Part shown: one piece after another, positions 1 through 8,966 of the stretch | Numbering within the stretch: position 1 is the first letter of the stretch | Layout: every line of letters starts with the position of its first letter | DNA from: Desulfosoma sp. | GTDB taxonomy: Bacteria > Desulfobacterota > Syntrophobacteria > Syntrophobacterales > DSM-9756 | Direction: 5' to 3' | Assembly: GCA_037481835.1 (NCBI GenBank) | Contig: JBBFKW010000019.1 | Span: forward strand, 1 to 56,128 | DNA: 56,128 nucleotides | Position numbers and translations under genes: made by a program | Notes under the pieces: generated by a model | Told to the model about the DNA's origin: nothing | The model's input: the letters and a program-made list of their open reading frames with translations, nothing else | Databases searched by the model: none

Positions 1-36
1 GTGCGGCTTCGTCCGCTCAAACTTCTTCTTCGCCAT
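1..36 (-). CDS. tuf: Elongation factor Tu, 5' end only (runs off the window)
   Basis: Minus strand reads MAKKKFERTKPH from ATG at 36, with an AGGAGG RBS just upstream; lies downstream of a Thr/Tyr/Thr tRNA cluster. Confidence 0.95.
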   Translation of the reverse strand, partial: MAKKKFERTKPH

Positions 37-178
37 CGCACTTCCTCCTCACGTCAAAAGTCGGCTCATGTACGGATAATGCGGTCCCAAATCCAGGTAC
101 TGCGGTGCGTCTAAACCGGACACGGCGGGGAGTCTGTGGCAGAAGGCGCCCCTTGGACCATAAAGGCTCCAAAAAAAA

Positions 179-255
179 TGGAGCCCACGACCGGGCTCGA
201 ACCGGTGAACCTCTTCCTTACCAAGGAAGTGCTCTACCTCCTGAGCTACGTGGGC
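179..255 (-). tRNA. tRNA-Thr(GGT)
   Basis: Cloverleaf GCCCACG...CGTGGGCTCCA, anticodon loop TTGGTAA, GTTCGA T-loop, encoded CCA. Confidence 0.97.
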
Positions 256-365
256 CCACACCTCATAGGGCGGACATGCAAGACGGGATTGTGCTCGAAT
301 TGAACATGCAGTTCGAACGACAATGGCCCGCTTCCGCTGCCACTATCTCCTACATGTTTCAGGTG

Positions 366-450
<85 letters not shown>

Positions 451-549
451 CCATCTAACCGTCTTCCCGCTTTTCGACCCGGGTGCGAGAGCAGCCCTAG
501 CTACCACAGGGCTTTTGCAAAGGCAAGCAAAAAGTGCACCCGGAAAAGT

Positions 550-624
550 TGGAGCTGGCGATGGGATTCGAACCCGCAACCTGCTGATTACAAATCAGCT
601 GCTCTACCGTTGAGCTACGCCAGC
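550..624 (-). tRNA. tRNA-Thr(TGT)
   Basis: GCTGGCG...CGCCAGCTCCA acceptor stem, anticodon loop TTTGTAA. Confidence 0.97.
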
Positions 625-640
625 CCGAACCGAGCTTTTT

Positions 641-670
641 TATATACCACGGGCTTTCGCACATCGTCAA
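641..670 (-). promoter_or_regulatory. Putative sigma70 promoter of the tRNA-tuf operon
   Basis: Minus strand TTGACG-N18-TATATA with an extended -10 TG, about 16 nt upstream of tRNA-Thr(TGT). Confidence 0.6.
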
Positions 671-736
671 CGGGCTCGGCGGCCGTTGCCTCAAAATCGT
701 GTTTTGTCTATGGTGGCGACTCGATAAGACTTCCTT

Positions 737-1630
737 ATGGAGACGCCCATGACCGACAAAGAAAACCCTCCGGCGCCGTGGACCCTTTGGGCCGTCGTAT
801 TCACCGGTATTGTCGCCATCTCCAGTGCGTCCATCCTCATCCGCCTGGCCCATGCCCCTTCCTTGACCATCGCCGCCTACAGGGTTACTCTGGCCGCCCT
901 GGGCGTCGCCCCGTGGGCGCTTTCCAAACATTTCACGTCCGTCTCAAAGAATCCCCTGCCCTGGAGGGCCCTGCTTCTCTCCGGGCTTTTTCTCGCTCTC
1001 CATTTCACCTTCTGGATCGAATCCCTCAAAAGAACCACGGTGGCCAGTTCGGTGACCTTAGTGAGTACAAGCCCCATCTTTACGGCCGTCTTTTCCTCTT
1101 TTCTCTTGAAAGAACGCATCCGGCCCCTCATGGGCGCAGCCATCGCCGCCTGCGTTGCGGGAAGCGCCGTCGTCGCCGGTTTGGATTATCGCTTCGACCC
1201 CCATTCGCTCCTCGGCGATCTCTTGGCCCTGCTCGGCGGCCTCATGGCCTCGGGCTATTTTCTCGCCGGCCGATACGCCCGAAGAATTTTGCCTCTGCAG
1301 ACCTACATCTTTTGGAGTTACGGGATCGCAGGCAGCGCGCTCATCCTTTTAAGTCTGCTCACCCGGACCCCTCTCTACGGTTTTTCACCTGAAACCATGG
1401 CCGTCCTCGTCCTTCTGGCCGCCGTGCCGCAACTCATCGGCCACACAAGTTTCAACTGGGCCCTGAAACATCTGAGCGCCACGGCCGTCGCCGTGCTGAC
1501 CCTCGGGGAACCCTTGGGGGCCACGACCCTCGCCTTCGTCTTTTTCCGGGAAACGGTCTCCCTGCCCACGGCCCTGGGCCTGTGCGTGCTCGCGGTGGGC
1601 ATCGTCATGGGCGCCGCGGCGAGACACTGA
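737..1630 (+). CDS. DMT/EamA family membrane transporter
   Basis: About 10 hydrophobic segments in two EamA repeats (SLKRTTVASSVTLVSTSPIF; NWALKHLSA...GEPLGA). Confidence 0.9.
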   Translation: METPMTDKENPPAPWTLWAVVFTGIVAISSASILIRLAHAPSLTIAAYRVTLAALGVAPWALSKHFTSVSKNPLPWRALLLSGLFLALHFTFWIESLKRTTVASSVTLVSTSPIFTAVFSSFLLKERIRPLMGAAIAACVAGSAVVAGLDYRFDPHSLLGDLLALLGGLMASGYFLAGRYARRILPLQTYIFWSYGIAGSALILLSLLTRTPLYGFSPETMAVLVLLAAVPQLIGHTSFNWALKHLSATAVAVLTLGEPLGATTLAFVFFRETVSLPTALGLCVLAVGIVMGAAARH

Positions 1631-1720
1631 AGCTTGGAGGAGCGACCTTACCCGCCATTGGCGCAGGCGGCAACAAACCCAGCCCTTACCCTGAAAGCGG
1701 GGGCGTTCCGGGTTTCTCCG

Positions 1721-1749
1721 TTGACACCGGGCCGAGAAACAGCTAGTTT
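1721..1749 (+). promoter_or_regulatory. Putative sigma70 promoter of the yggT-divIVA operon
   Basis: TTGACA-N17-TAGTTT about 70 nt upstream of the yggT ATG. Confidence 0.6.
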
Positions 1750-1819
1750 TCGCCCGTCAGCGTGTCGGGAGGGCTTAAAAACAGGCTCTTCTCACTCCAA
1801 AAGGGGCGAGGATTCCACG

Positions 1820-2122
1820 ATGTTCGTTTTCAGCAATCTGCTCATGGCCTTTGCCAAGATCCTGGATATCATATTGACGACCTACATGTGGATCATCATC
1901 GCCCGGGCCGTTCTCTCCTGGGTCAACCCCGATCCCTACAATCCCATCGTCCGGTTTCTCTACAGCATCACGGAACCCGTCCTTCACGCCATTCGGCGCA
2001 GGATTCCCTTCGCCTTCGGCGGCATTGACTTCTCCCCCATGATCGTCATCCTCGTGTTGCTGTTTCTCCAAAATTTCCTGGTTCCCTCCTTGAGGGAAAT
2101 GGCTCTGGTGCTCAGGGCCTAG
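1820..2122 (+). CDS. yggT: YggT family membrane protein
   Basis: RAVLSWVNPDPYNPIVRFLYSITEPVL and GGIDFSP motifs; start trimmed to ATG 1820. Confidence 0.93.
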   Translation: MFVFSNLLMAFAKILDIILTTYMWIIIARAVLSWVNPDPYNPIVRFLYSITEPVLHAIRRRIPFAFGGIDFSPMIVILVLLFLQNFLVPSLREMALVLRA

Positions 2123-2158
2123 AGGGTCTTGCAGCACGACACGGAAAGGCGACCGTCT

Positions 2159-2656
2159 ATGGAATGGACGCCCGCAGAGACGGGAAGAAAAAGATTTCCT
2201 TTAAAGTGGAGAGGCTACAGTCCGAGAGAGGTGGACCTCTTTGTGGACCAGATGGCTTCGGACCTGGATCGGCTGAAGGCGGACAACGCGGCCTTGCAGC
2301 GCGAAGTGCAGCAGCTCACTAAGGAACTCTCGGAACACCGAGAACGGGAAAAAGCCATCCGCAACGTGCTGGCCAACGTGCAGAAGGCTTCCGAACTCAT
2401 GAAAGCCAACGCCGAAAAGGAAGCCAAACTCCTCATCGCCGATGCGGAACTTCGCGCGGAAAAGATCCTTCAAGCCGCCCACCAGCGCCTTTCCCAGCTC
2501 CACCAGGACATCAACGAACTCAAGCGCCAGCGCATTCAATTGGAAGCCAAGCTGCGTTCCACCATCGAAACCTACCGGCAGCTGCTGGATGCGCAGCGCG
2601 AGGACTATACCGAGGCCGAAGCCATGGAAAGCAAGGTGACCTTCTTGAACCGCTGA
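2159..2656 (+). CDS. divIVA: DivIVA domain protein
   Basis: N-terminal F...RGYSPREVDLFVD motif followed by a long coiled coil; follows yggT. Confidence 0.9.
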   Translation: MEWTPAETGRKRFPLKWRGYSPREVDLFVDQMASDLDRLKADNAALQREVQQLTKELSEHREREKAIRNVLANVQKASELMKANAEKEAKLLIADAELRAEKILQAAHQRLSQLHQDINELKRQRIQLEAKLRSTIETYRQLLDAQREDYTEAEAMESKVTFLNR

Positions 2657-2670
2657 GGCAGGGGGATGGA

Positions 2671-2841
2671 ATGAGTATCAGCCAGGAGCTCCTAGAGATC
2701 CTCGTGTGTCCCCAGTGCAAGGGAGACATCCGGCTCACGGAAAGCCAAGACGGCCTTGTGTGCGAGCGGTGCCGGCTTCTTTACGAAATCCGGGACGGCA
2801 TTCCCATCATGCTTCCCGAAGAAGCCAAGCCTCTCCCCTGA
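2671..2841 (+). CDS. Trm112-like / UPF0434 small protein, 56 aa (below the ORF-track cutoff)
   Basis: Manual translation MSISQELLEILVCPQCKGDIRL...CERCRLLYEIRDGIPIMLPEEAKPLP*. Confidence 0.92.
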   Translation: MSISQELLEILVCPQCKGDIRLTESQDGLVCERCRLLYEIRDGIPIMLPEEAKPLP

Positions 2842-2861
2842 ACGCGGAGCCCGCCCGGTTC

Positions 2862-3884
2862 ATGGTCGCCCTCCCGCACGCCCTCACCGCCCGCATCCCA
2901 ACGCTGCTTCAAGGGCTGGATCGGTTCCCCGGCTGCACCGTTCTCGTGGTCGGGGATCTCATGCTGGACGTCTTCCTGTGGGGCGATGTGCGCCGCATTT
3001 CGCCGGAAGCCCCCGTGCCCGTGGTGGAAGTGCAGCGTGAAACCCATCTTCTAGGCGGAGCCGCCAACGTGGTGCGCAATATCGTGACTCTGGGCGGGCG
3101 GGCTCGAGTGGCCGGGGTTGTGGGACATGACGCCTTTGGAGCGGAAATCCGAGCGTTGCTTGAAGACGCCCACGTGCCTTGTTCCGGCGTAATCACCGCT
3201 CACGACCGGCCCACGACGGTCAAAACCCGCGTGATTGCCCGGCATCAGCAAGTGGTGCGCGTGGATCGGGAGGAAGTCCGCCCCCACGACAGCCGGACGA
3301 CCCGGGCCCTCGTGCAGGCTCTGGAGGCCGCCGCCGGCGAAAGCAACGCCATCATCGTCTCCGACTACGCCAAGGGGGTGGTCTCTCGAGAGGTCATGGA
3401 TGCCGTTCGGATGCTGGCAACCCGGCACGACATTCCCGTATTCGTGGACCCCAAGGTGCCGCACACGGACTTTTATCACCACGTGACCGTGGTCACCCCC
3501 AACACCCAGGAAGCTTCGGCCATGTCCGGCATTGCCGTCACCGATGAGGCTTCCCTGGAGACGGCCGGCCGTATCCTCCTGGAAAAGCTCCAGTGCCGTC
3601 ACGTTCTCATCACCCGTGGTCCCCAGGGGATGAGCCTCTTTGAAGCGGGAGCCCCTCCCTTTCACATCCCCACGGTGGCCCAAAAGGTGTTCGACGTCAC
3701 GGGAGCCGGCGACACGGTCATCGCCGCCGCAGCGCTGGCCGTATCCGCAGGCTTGGCCATGCGGGACGCCGCCGCTTTGGCCAACACGGCCGCCGGGATC
3801 GTCGTGGGTGAGGTGGGCACGGCGGCGGTGGACCACGCCCGCCTTCGCGCCGTCTTGGCGGACGGGGCCGGGTGCCGGGTATGA
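2862..3884 (+). CDS. rfaE1: D-glycero-beta-D-manno-heptose-7-phosphate kinase (HldE/RfaE domain I, PfkB family)
   Basis: VVGDLMLD, RISPEAPVPVV, GGAANV, SDYAKG, FDVTGAGDT motifs. Confidence 0.93.
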   Translation: MVALPHALTARIPTLLQGLDRFPGCTVLVVGDLMLDVFLWGDVRRISPEAPVPVVEVQRETHLLGGAANVVRNIVTLGGRARVAGVVGHDAFGAEIRALLEDAHVPCSGVITAHDRPTTVKTRVIARHQQVVRVDREEVRPHDSRTTRALVQALEAAAGESNAIIVSDYAKGVVSREVMDAVRMLATRHDIPVFVDPKVPHTDFYHHVTVVTPNTQEASAMSGIAVTDEASLETAGRILLEKLQCRHVLITRGPQGMSLFEAGAPPFHIPTVAQKVFDVTGAGDTVIAAAALAVSAGLAMRDAAALANTAAGIVVGEVGTAAVDHARLRAVLADGAGCRV

Positions 3885-4447
3885 GTGCCCCTAAGGCTCC
3901 CAAACCGTGCAAGTTGGTCTTCGGGCTTCTCTTTCGAGAAGACGAAGGAAAAGTAAAGACGCTTCAATCCCTGAGCGACCTTTTCGGCCCTTTGGATGCC
4001 GTGACGCGCCCTCAGGATTTCGCCTTCACGCGGTTTTACGAAAAGGAAATGGGCCCGGGCATTCGACGGCTCTTCGGGAGCTTTGACGCCCTCGTGGACC
4101 CGGGCCTTCTTCCCGACATCAAGGCCCGGACCAATCGCCTGGAACAGGAAACCGCCTGGGACGGCCGGCGCTCCATCAATGTGGACCCGGGCCTTTTGTG
4201 CGAAGAACGCCTTGTTTTGGCCACGGGCAAGAACGCCGGCCATCGGATTTACCTTCGAGACGGCATTTATGGGGATCTGACCTTGATCTACCGCGACGGC
4301 GCCTATCGGCCTTTGCCCTGGACCTATCCCGACTATGCCCAGGACGAAACGCGACGATTCTTCGGCCTTCTTCGAGGCATCCTGATCGCCCGCCGCAGCG
4401 GGCGCATCCCGCGTTGCCCCTATTCCTTGGAGGACAGCCAATCGTGA
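3881..4447 (+). CDS. DUF4416 family protein
   Basis: FYEKEMG, RSINVDPG, LATGKNAGHRIYL, PWTYPDY motifs; 4-nt overlaps with both neighbours. Confidence 0.8.
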   Translation: MSAPKAPKPCKLVFGLLFREDEGKVKTLQSLSDLFGPLDAVTRPQDFAFTRFYEKEMGPGIRRLFGSFDALVDPGLLPDIKARTNRLEQETAWDGRRSINVDPGLLCEERLVLATGKNAGHRIYLRDGIYGDLTLIYRDGAYRPLPWTYPDYAQDETRRFFGLLRGILIARRSGRIPRCPYSLEDSQS

Positions 4448-5331
4448 TCCGAAGCATGACCGGCTATGCTCGAGCGTCTCTGGACAACGGCTTGTATCAA
4501 GCCGTCGTGGAACTGCGCAGCGTCAACGGAAAGCATCTCGATCTGTTCATCCGCGTGCCGAAGGAGCACCTCGATGTGGAAGAAGTGGTCCGGGACGTGG
4601 TGCGCCGGAAACTGCAGCGCGGTCGCGTGGACTGTTACGTTTCCATCGAACCGACGGCTTCGGCGGTCAAGGCGGCCCGCATCCATTTTCCAACGGCCCG
4701 AGCCTATTGGGATGCCCTGTGCCAGCTCCACATGAAACTCCCCGGATCGGATCCTCCCACGCTGGAAACCCTCCTGAAACTGCCCGGCGTCTGGGAAACG
4801 GACGCCGCCGCCCCCGACGCCGAAGGTCTGCGGGAGTTGGTCGCTCAAGCCACGGAGCAGGCCGCGGAACGGCTTGTAGAGGCCCGGACGGTTGAAGGGC
4901 GCGCCATGGCCCAGGACATCCTTGAGCGCCTCCGGGAGCTGGAACGGGACCGGGCCGTGGTGGAGGAGCGCCGACACGTGGTCGCAGAGGAGCTCCGGGA
5001 GAGACTTCGCACCAAAATCCAGGACATCGTGACCGCCTTCGGGGGCAGCCTGGACGAGAATCGGTTGCTCCAGGAAGTGGCTTACCTTTTGGACCGCACC
5101 GACATCAACGAGGAATTGGTGAGACTCAAGAGCCATGTGGACCAGATGGAGGGCTGGATCGCTTCCGAGGAGGCCGTGGAGGGCCGCCGGCTGGATTTCA
5201 TGACCCAGGAATTGCACCGGGAAGTGAACACGATCGGGTCGAAGGCCACCGATCTCATCGTGTCCCAAGCCGTGGTGCGCATGAAAAACGCCGTCGGGAA
5301 GATTAAGGAACAGATTCAAAACATCGAATGA
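4444..5331 (+). CDS. yicC: YicC/YloC family endoribonuclease
   Basis: [51 protein letters not shown]. Confidence 0.95.
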   Translation: MIRSMTGYARASLDNGLYQAVVELRSVNGKHLDLFIRVPKEHLDVEEVVRDVVRRKLQRGRVDCYVSIEPTASAVKAARIHFPTARAYWDALCQLHMKLPGSDPPTLETLLKLPGVWETDAAAPDAEGLRELVAQATEQAAERLVEARTVEGRAMAQDILERLRELERDRAVVEERRHVVAEELRERLRTKIQDIVTAFGGSLDENRLLQEVAYLLDRTDINEELVRLKSHVDQMEGWIASEEAVEGRRLDFMTQELHREVNTIGSKATDLIVSQAVVRMKNAVGKIKEQIQNIE

Positions 5332-5339
5332 GGTCGCCT

Positions 5340-5621
5340 ATGGACATCAAACTCCTCAACATCGGGTTCGGCAACACGGTGGTGGCCAACCGCATTGTGG
5401 CCATCGTCTCGCCCAGTTCGGCGCCCATGAAGCGTCTTAAGGAAGACGCCAAACAAAACAACAAGCTCATCGACGCCACCATGGGGCGGCGCACCCGCGC
5501 CATCATCATTACGGACAGCGACCATGTGATCCTGTCCGGTGTCCAGGCGGAAACCATCGCCCAACGGCTCATTCACGATCAAGGCCACCGTGACGGGTCT
5601 TCGGCCAAGGGCGGGAAGTGA
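5340..5621 (+). CDS. remA: RemA/DUF370 family regulator
   Basis: [19 protein letters not shown] and [14 protein letters not shown]; typical position between yicC and gmk. Confidence 0.93.
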   Translation: MDIKLLNIGFGNTVVANRIVAIVSPSSAPMKRLKEDAKQNNKLIDATMGRRTRAIIITDSDHVILSGVQAETIAQRLIHDQGHRDGSSAKGGK

Positions 5622-5622
5622 C

Positions 5623-6240
5623 ATGGCCGGGGACGGATCCGGACACCTTTTCGTGCTCTCGGCCCCGTCCGGCGTGGGCAAGAGCACCATCGTGCGGGCC
5701 CTGCTCGCCAAGGATTCCCGGCTGCGTTTTTCCGTCTCCTGCACCACCCGGGCGCCGCGCTCGGGCGAAACCGACGGCATGGACTATCATTTCCTGTCCC
5801 AGGAGGCCTTTCAAGAAGGCATCCAGGCGGGACGGTTCCTCGAATGGGCGGAGGTTTACGGCCATTACTACGGCACGGACCGCCGTCTCGTGGAAGCCTG
5901 GCTTGCCGACGGCTTTGATGTCCTTCTGGAAATCGACGTGCAGGGGGCTCGAAAGGTGCAGGCGAGCGGCCTTGCAGCGACGACGATTTTCATCCTCCCC
6001 CCGACCCTGAATGCTCTCGAAGAGCGGTTGCGCCGCCGCGGGACTGAATCTGAGGAAATCATCCGGCGCCGGCTCGATGCCGCCGAAGCGGAAATTCGAG
6101 AAGCCCCCTGGTATGATTATCTTGTCGTCAACGATGTTCTGGAAGAAGCCGTCGCGGACGTGAGCGCCATCATCAGGGCATGCCGCTGCACCCGCACTCG
6201 AGCTCACCGTGCCTTGATCCCTTTCTTGCCGCTGCTCTGA
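5623..6240 (+). CDS. gmk: Guanylate kinase
   Basis: P-loop SAPSGVGKST, SCTTRAPR, DGMDYHF, LEIDVQGA. Confidence 0.97.
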   Translation: MAGDGSGHLFVLSAPSGVGKSTIVRALLAKDSRLRFSVSCTTRAPRSGETDGMDYHFLSQEAFQEGIQAGRFLEWAEVYGHYYGTDRRLVEAWLADGFDVLLEIDVQGARKVQASGLAATTIFILPPTLNALEERLRRRGTESEEIIRRRLDAAEAEIREAPWYDYLVVNDVLEEAVADVSAIIRACRCTRTRAHRALIPFLPLL

Positions 6241-6250
6241 CGGATGGCCT

Positions 6251-7084
6251 GTGGAGAAAGCCGTGCCCAAGGAGCCCCCGAAGGATCATCGAGGCGGGCC
6301 CAAGACCGGACGGGATGCCGGAGCCGAAAGGCTCTGGATCTACGGCCTGAACCCCGTCATGGAATGCTTGAGAGCCGATCCCGGCACGATCACGGAAATC
6401 CTGTGCAGCCGGGATGATCCGCGAAGCCGGGCGGTGCTCGCCTTGGCCCAGGAACACGGCATCCCGATGGTGCCGGTGGACCGGCGAAGCCTTTCGGAGC
6501 GCTTCGGCCACGAGCGCCATCAAGGCATTGCCGCACGCCTCGGCACTTTCCGATATGAAGTGCTCGAGTCCCTTTTGGACCGCCCCGACCCCGAGGGCCT
6601 CCCCATCCTGCTCCTGGACTGCCTCCAGGATCCGCAAAACCTGGGCGCCATCCTGAGAACCGCATGTTTTCTGGGCGCCCGCGCCGTCGTCCTTCCGAAG
6701 GACCGCTCGGTCCAGGTCACGGGGGCGGTTTTCAAGGCCTCGGCGGGAGCCCTGGCCCATCTTCCCGTGGTGCAGGTGACCAATTTGGTCCGCGCCATGG
6801 AACGGATCAAAGATCACGGCTATTGGATCGTGGGGCTGGACCTGGAAGGGGCGCAATCGCTCTACGAACTTTCCTACACCATGCCCGTGGCCCTGGTGGT
6901 GGGAAACGAAGCCGCGGGACTTCGGCCGCTTGTCAAAAGACACTGCGATTTTTTGGTCAAGATCCCCGGCACGGGCCCCGTACAGTCCCTGAACGCCGCC
7001 GCCGCCGCCGCGGTGGCTCTGGCCGAAATCCGCCGCCAACAGGCGGCAGCATCCCCGCGGCCGCCAAAAGACCACCGTGGATAA
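6251..7084 (+). CDS. rlmB: 23S rRNA (guanosine-2'-O)-methyltransferase, TrmH/SpoU family
   Basis: HQGI, QDPQNLGAILRT, KASAGA, VGNEAAG, SLNAAAA SPOUT motifs. Confidence 0.9.
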   Translation: MEKAVPKEPPKDHRGGPKTGRDAGAERLWIYGLNPVMECLRADPGTITEILCSRDDPRSRAVLALAQEHGIPMVPVDRRSLSERFGHERHQGIAARLGTFRYEVLESLLDRPDPEGLPILLLDCLQDPQNLGAILRTACFLGARAVVLPKDRSVQVTGAVFKASAGALAHLPVVQVTNLVRAMERIKDHGYWIVGLDLEGAQSLYELSYTMPVALVVGNEAAGLRPLVKRHCDFLVKIPGTGPVQSLNAAAAAAVALAEIRRQQAAASPRPPKDHRG

Positions 7085-7234
7085 ACGCGAGCGGTGCGGG
7101 CGGCTTCCTGCAGGCCCCTTGGTGGCCAATAGCTTCTCGAACAGGGGGCGTGCTCGCCGCACCGGCCGGCCGCCCGCGTCCTACTCCAGACGCTTTTTCA
7201 CACAAGTCTGTGCCCTGCGCCGGCCAACAAGAAA

Positions 7235-7283
7235 CCCAAGCCCCGAAGGGGCGAAACAACTCAGCCCAGGGCGAAGCCCCGGG
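7235..7283 (+). repeat. REP-like palindromic element (GCCCCGAAGGGGC...CAGCCCAGGGCGAAGCCCCGGG)
   Basis: GC hairpins with GAA loops; a related copy lies in inverted orientation at 42505-42587. Confidence 0.75.
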
Positions 7284-7466
7284 CCGAGGACGATCCCCAA
7301 CACACACAAACCCCGAAATGTCAAGGAGGCCCGCCCGAACCCGCGGGTCCCCTTCCACGGCCTTTCCTTGGCGTGATGCCTCACAAAAGGCGGGGAAACC
7401 TCCCGAACCTCGAGGTCCACCCCCACCCCATCCGCCCACGCGGCGCCGGATGTCGCCCCCTGGGCG

Positions 7467-8174
7467 CTATGAGGTTCGGGGGCCGAAAAGGGATGTTCCC
7501 ACACGGATCAGGGTGGCCCCTTCTTCGATGGCTACTTCGAAATCGTGGCTCATGCCCATGGAAAGTTCCGCGAGTCGTTCGGGATGCTGGGCGCCCCCGC
7601 GCAGTCTTTCAAGGAGCCGGCGCAGCGTCTGAAAATACGGGCGAACTCCTTCCGGATCCTCCACATACGGCGGGACGGCCATGAGGCCCCGGACATCGAG
7701 CCATTCCATGCCCTGCATTTCCTTGAACAGGCCGTCAAGGTCTTCCGGGGCCACCCCCCCTTTGGTTTCTTCGTCGCCCAGGTGCACCTGAATCAGAACC
7801 GGCAGCCGTCTCCCTCGAGCTCCCGCCCTCTTGTCCAGTTCCCGGGCCAAAGACAACCGATCCACCGTATGGATCCAATGAAACCGCTCAACGGCCGATT
7901 TCGCCTTGTTTGTTTGCAGATGGCCGATGAAGTGCCATTCCAAGGGAAGATCGTGGAGCACCTCCATCTTGCGGCCGGCTTCCTGCACGTAATTTTCCCC
8001 GAACCGGCGCAGCCCCGCTGCGGCGGCTTCCCGAATCTTTTCCGCGGGCACCGTTTTGGAAACGCCGATGAGTTTGACGCTTTGGGGATCCCGCCCCGAG
8101 CGGCGGGCCGCCGCCTCGATCCGTCGATGGATCGCTTCCAAACGTGCCCCCACGTCCTTCACAGGCTCCCCCAT
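7467..8174 (-). CDS. yggS: Pyridoxal phosphate homeostasis protein, YggS family
   Basis: IGVSKT, FGENYVQE, WHFIGHLQTNK, LSMGMSHDF, IRVGTSLFG. Confidence 0.96.
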   Translation of the reverse strand: MGEPVKDVGARLEAIHRRIEAAARRSGRDPQSVKLIGVSKTVPAEKIREAAAAGLRRFGENYVQEAGRKMEVLHDLPLEWHFIGHLQTNKAKSAVERFHWIHTVDRLSLARELDKRAGARGRRLPVLIQVHLGDEETKGGVAPEDLDGLFKEMQGMEWLDVRGLMAVPPYVEDPEGVRPYFQTLRRLLERLRGGAQHPERLAELSMGMSHDFEVAIEEGATLIRVGTSLFGPRTS

Positions 8175-8357
8175 ACCGATGCCGTCATCCCGTTTTCCCC
8201 TCATTGCCATGGGCCTACAACGAGGCCGACCCAAAGGCCCGGAGGCTCCAACTTTCATCCTATGGTGTCTCGACGCGGCGTGAGGCAGGCGTACGCAGCC
8301 GCGTCCGCAATTTTTTCAGCCTCTCAAGCCCTTGCGCTCCCCATCGCCTTCCACACT

Positions 8358-8966
8358 TCATTCCGGCGCAATGACTCCGTTTTTTTGCAACATGGCGACG
8401 GTTTCCGCAAGGGGAAGCCCCACCACGTTCGTGTACGAGCCGTAGACGGCTTTGACAAACGCCGCCCCCAGCCCCTGAATGCCGTACGCTCCCGCCTTGT
8501 CCATGGGTTCTTTCGTGCGCACGTACGCGGCGATCTCGGCGTCCGTGAGGTCTCGAAACTCCACGCGGGTTTGAATGACATCCACTTGAGAAAAACCCCG
8601 CTTCATGTGGATCAGGCAGATGGCCGTGAACACACTGTGGCTTCGGCCGCTGAGGGACCGGAGCATCCGCGCGGCTTCTTCAGGGGAGCTCGGCTTCCCG
8701 AAAATGAGGCCTCCGAGGACGACGATGGTATCCGCACCGAGAACCCACGATCCGGACTCGCGCTCGGCCACGGATCGCGCTTTGAAAAGGGCCGAACGGC
8801 GGACTCCGGCCTCAGGCCGCACACCCACGGGAGGCTCTTCCACGGGACTGGGCACCACACGAAAAAGCAGACCCAACCGAGCGAGAAGCTCACGGCGCCG
8901 CGGGGAAGCGGAAGCCAACACGAGCGGTTCGCAGGTGGTATACAGCACCCCGGACTTGGCTTTCAC
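8358..8966 (-). CDS. maf: Maf family nucleoside triphosphate pyrophosphatase
   Basis: LASASPRRRELL, GADTIV, GKP, DKAGAYGIQG, NVVGLP. Confidence 0.96.
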   Translation of the reverse strand: MKAKSGVLYTTCEPLVLASASPRRRELLARLGLLFRVVPSPVEEPPVGVRPEAGVRRSALFKARSVAERESGSWVLGADTIVVLGGLIFGKPSSPEEAARMLRSLSGRSHSVFTAICLIHMKRGFSQVDVIQTRVEFRDLTDAEIAAYVRTKEPMDKAGAYGIQGLGAAFVKAVYGSYTNVVGLPLAETVAMLQKNGVIAPE

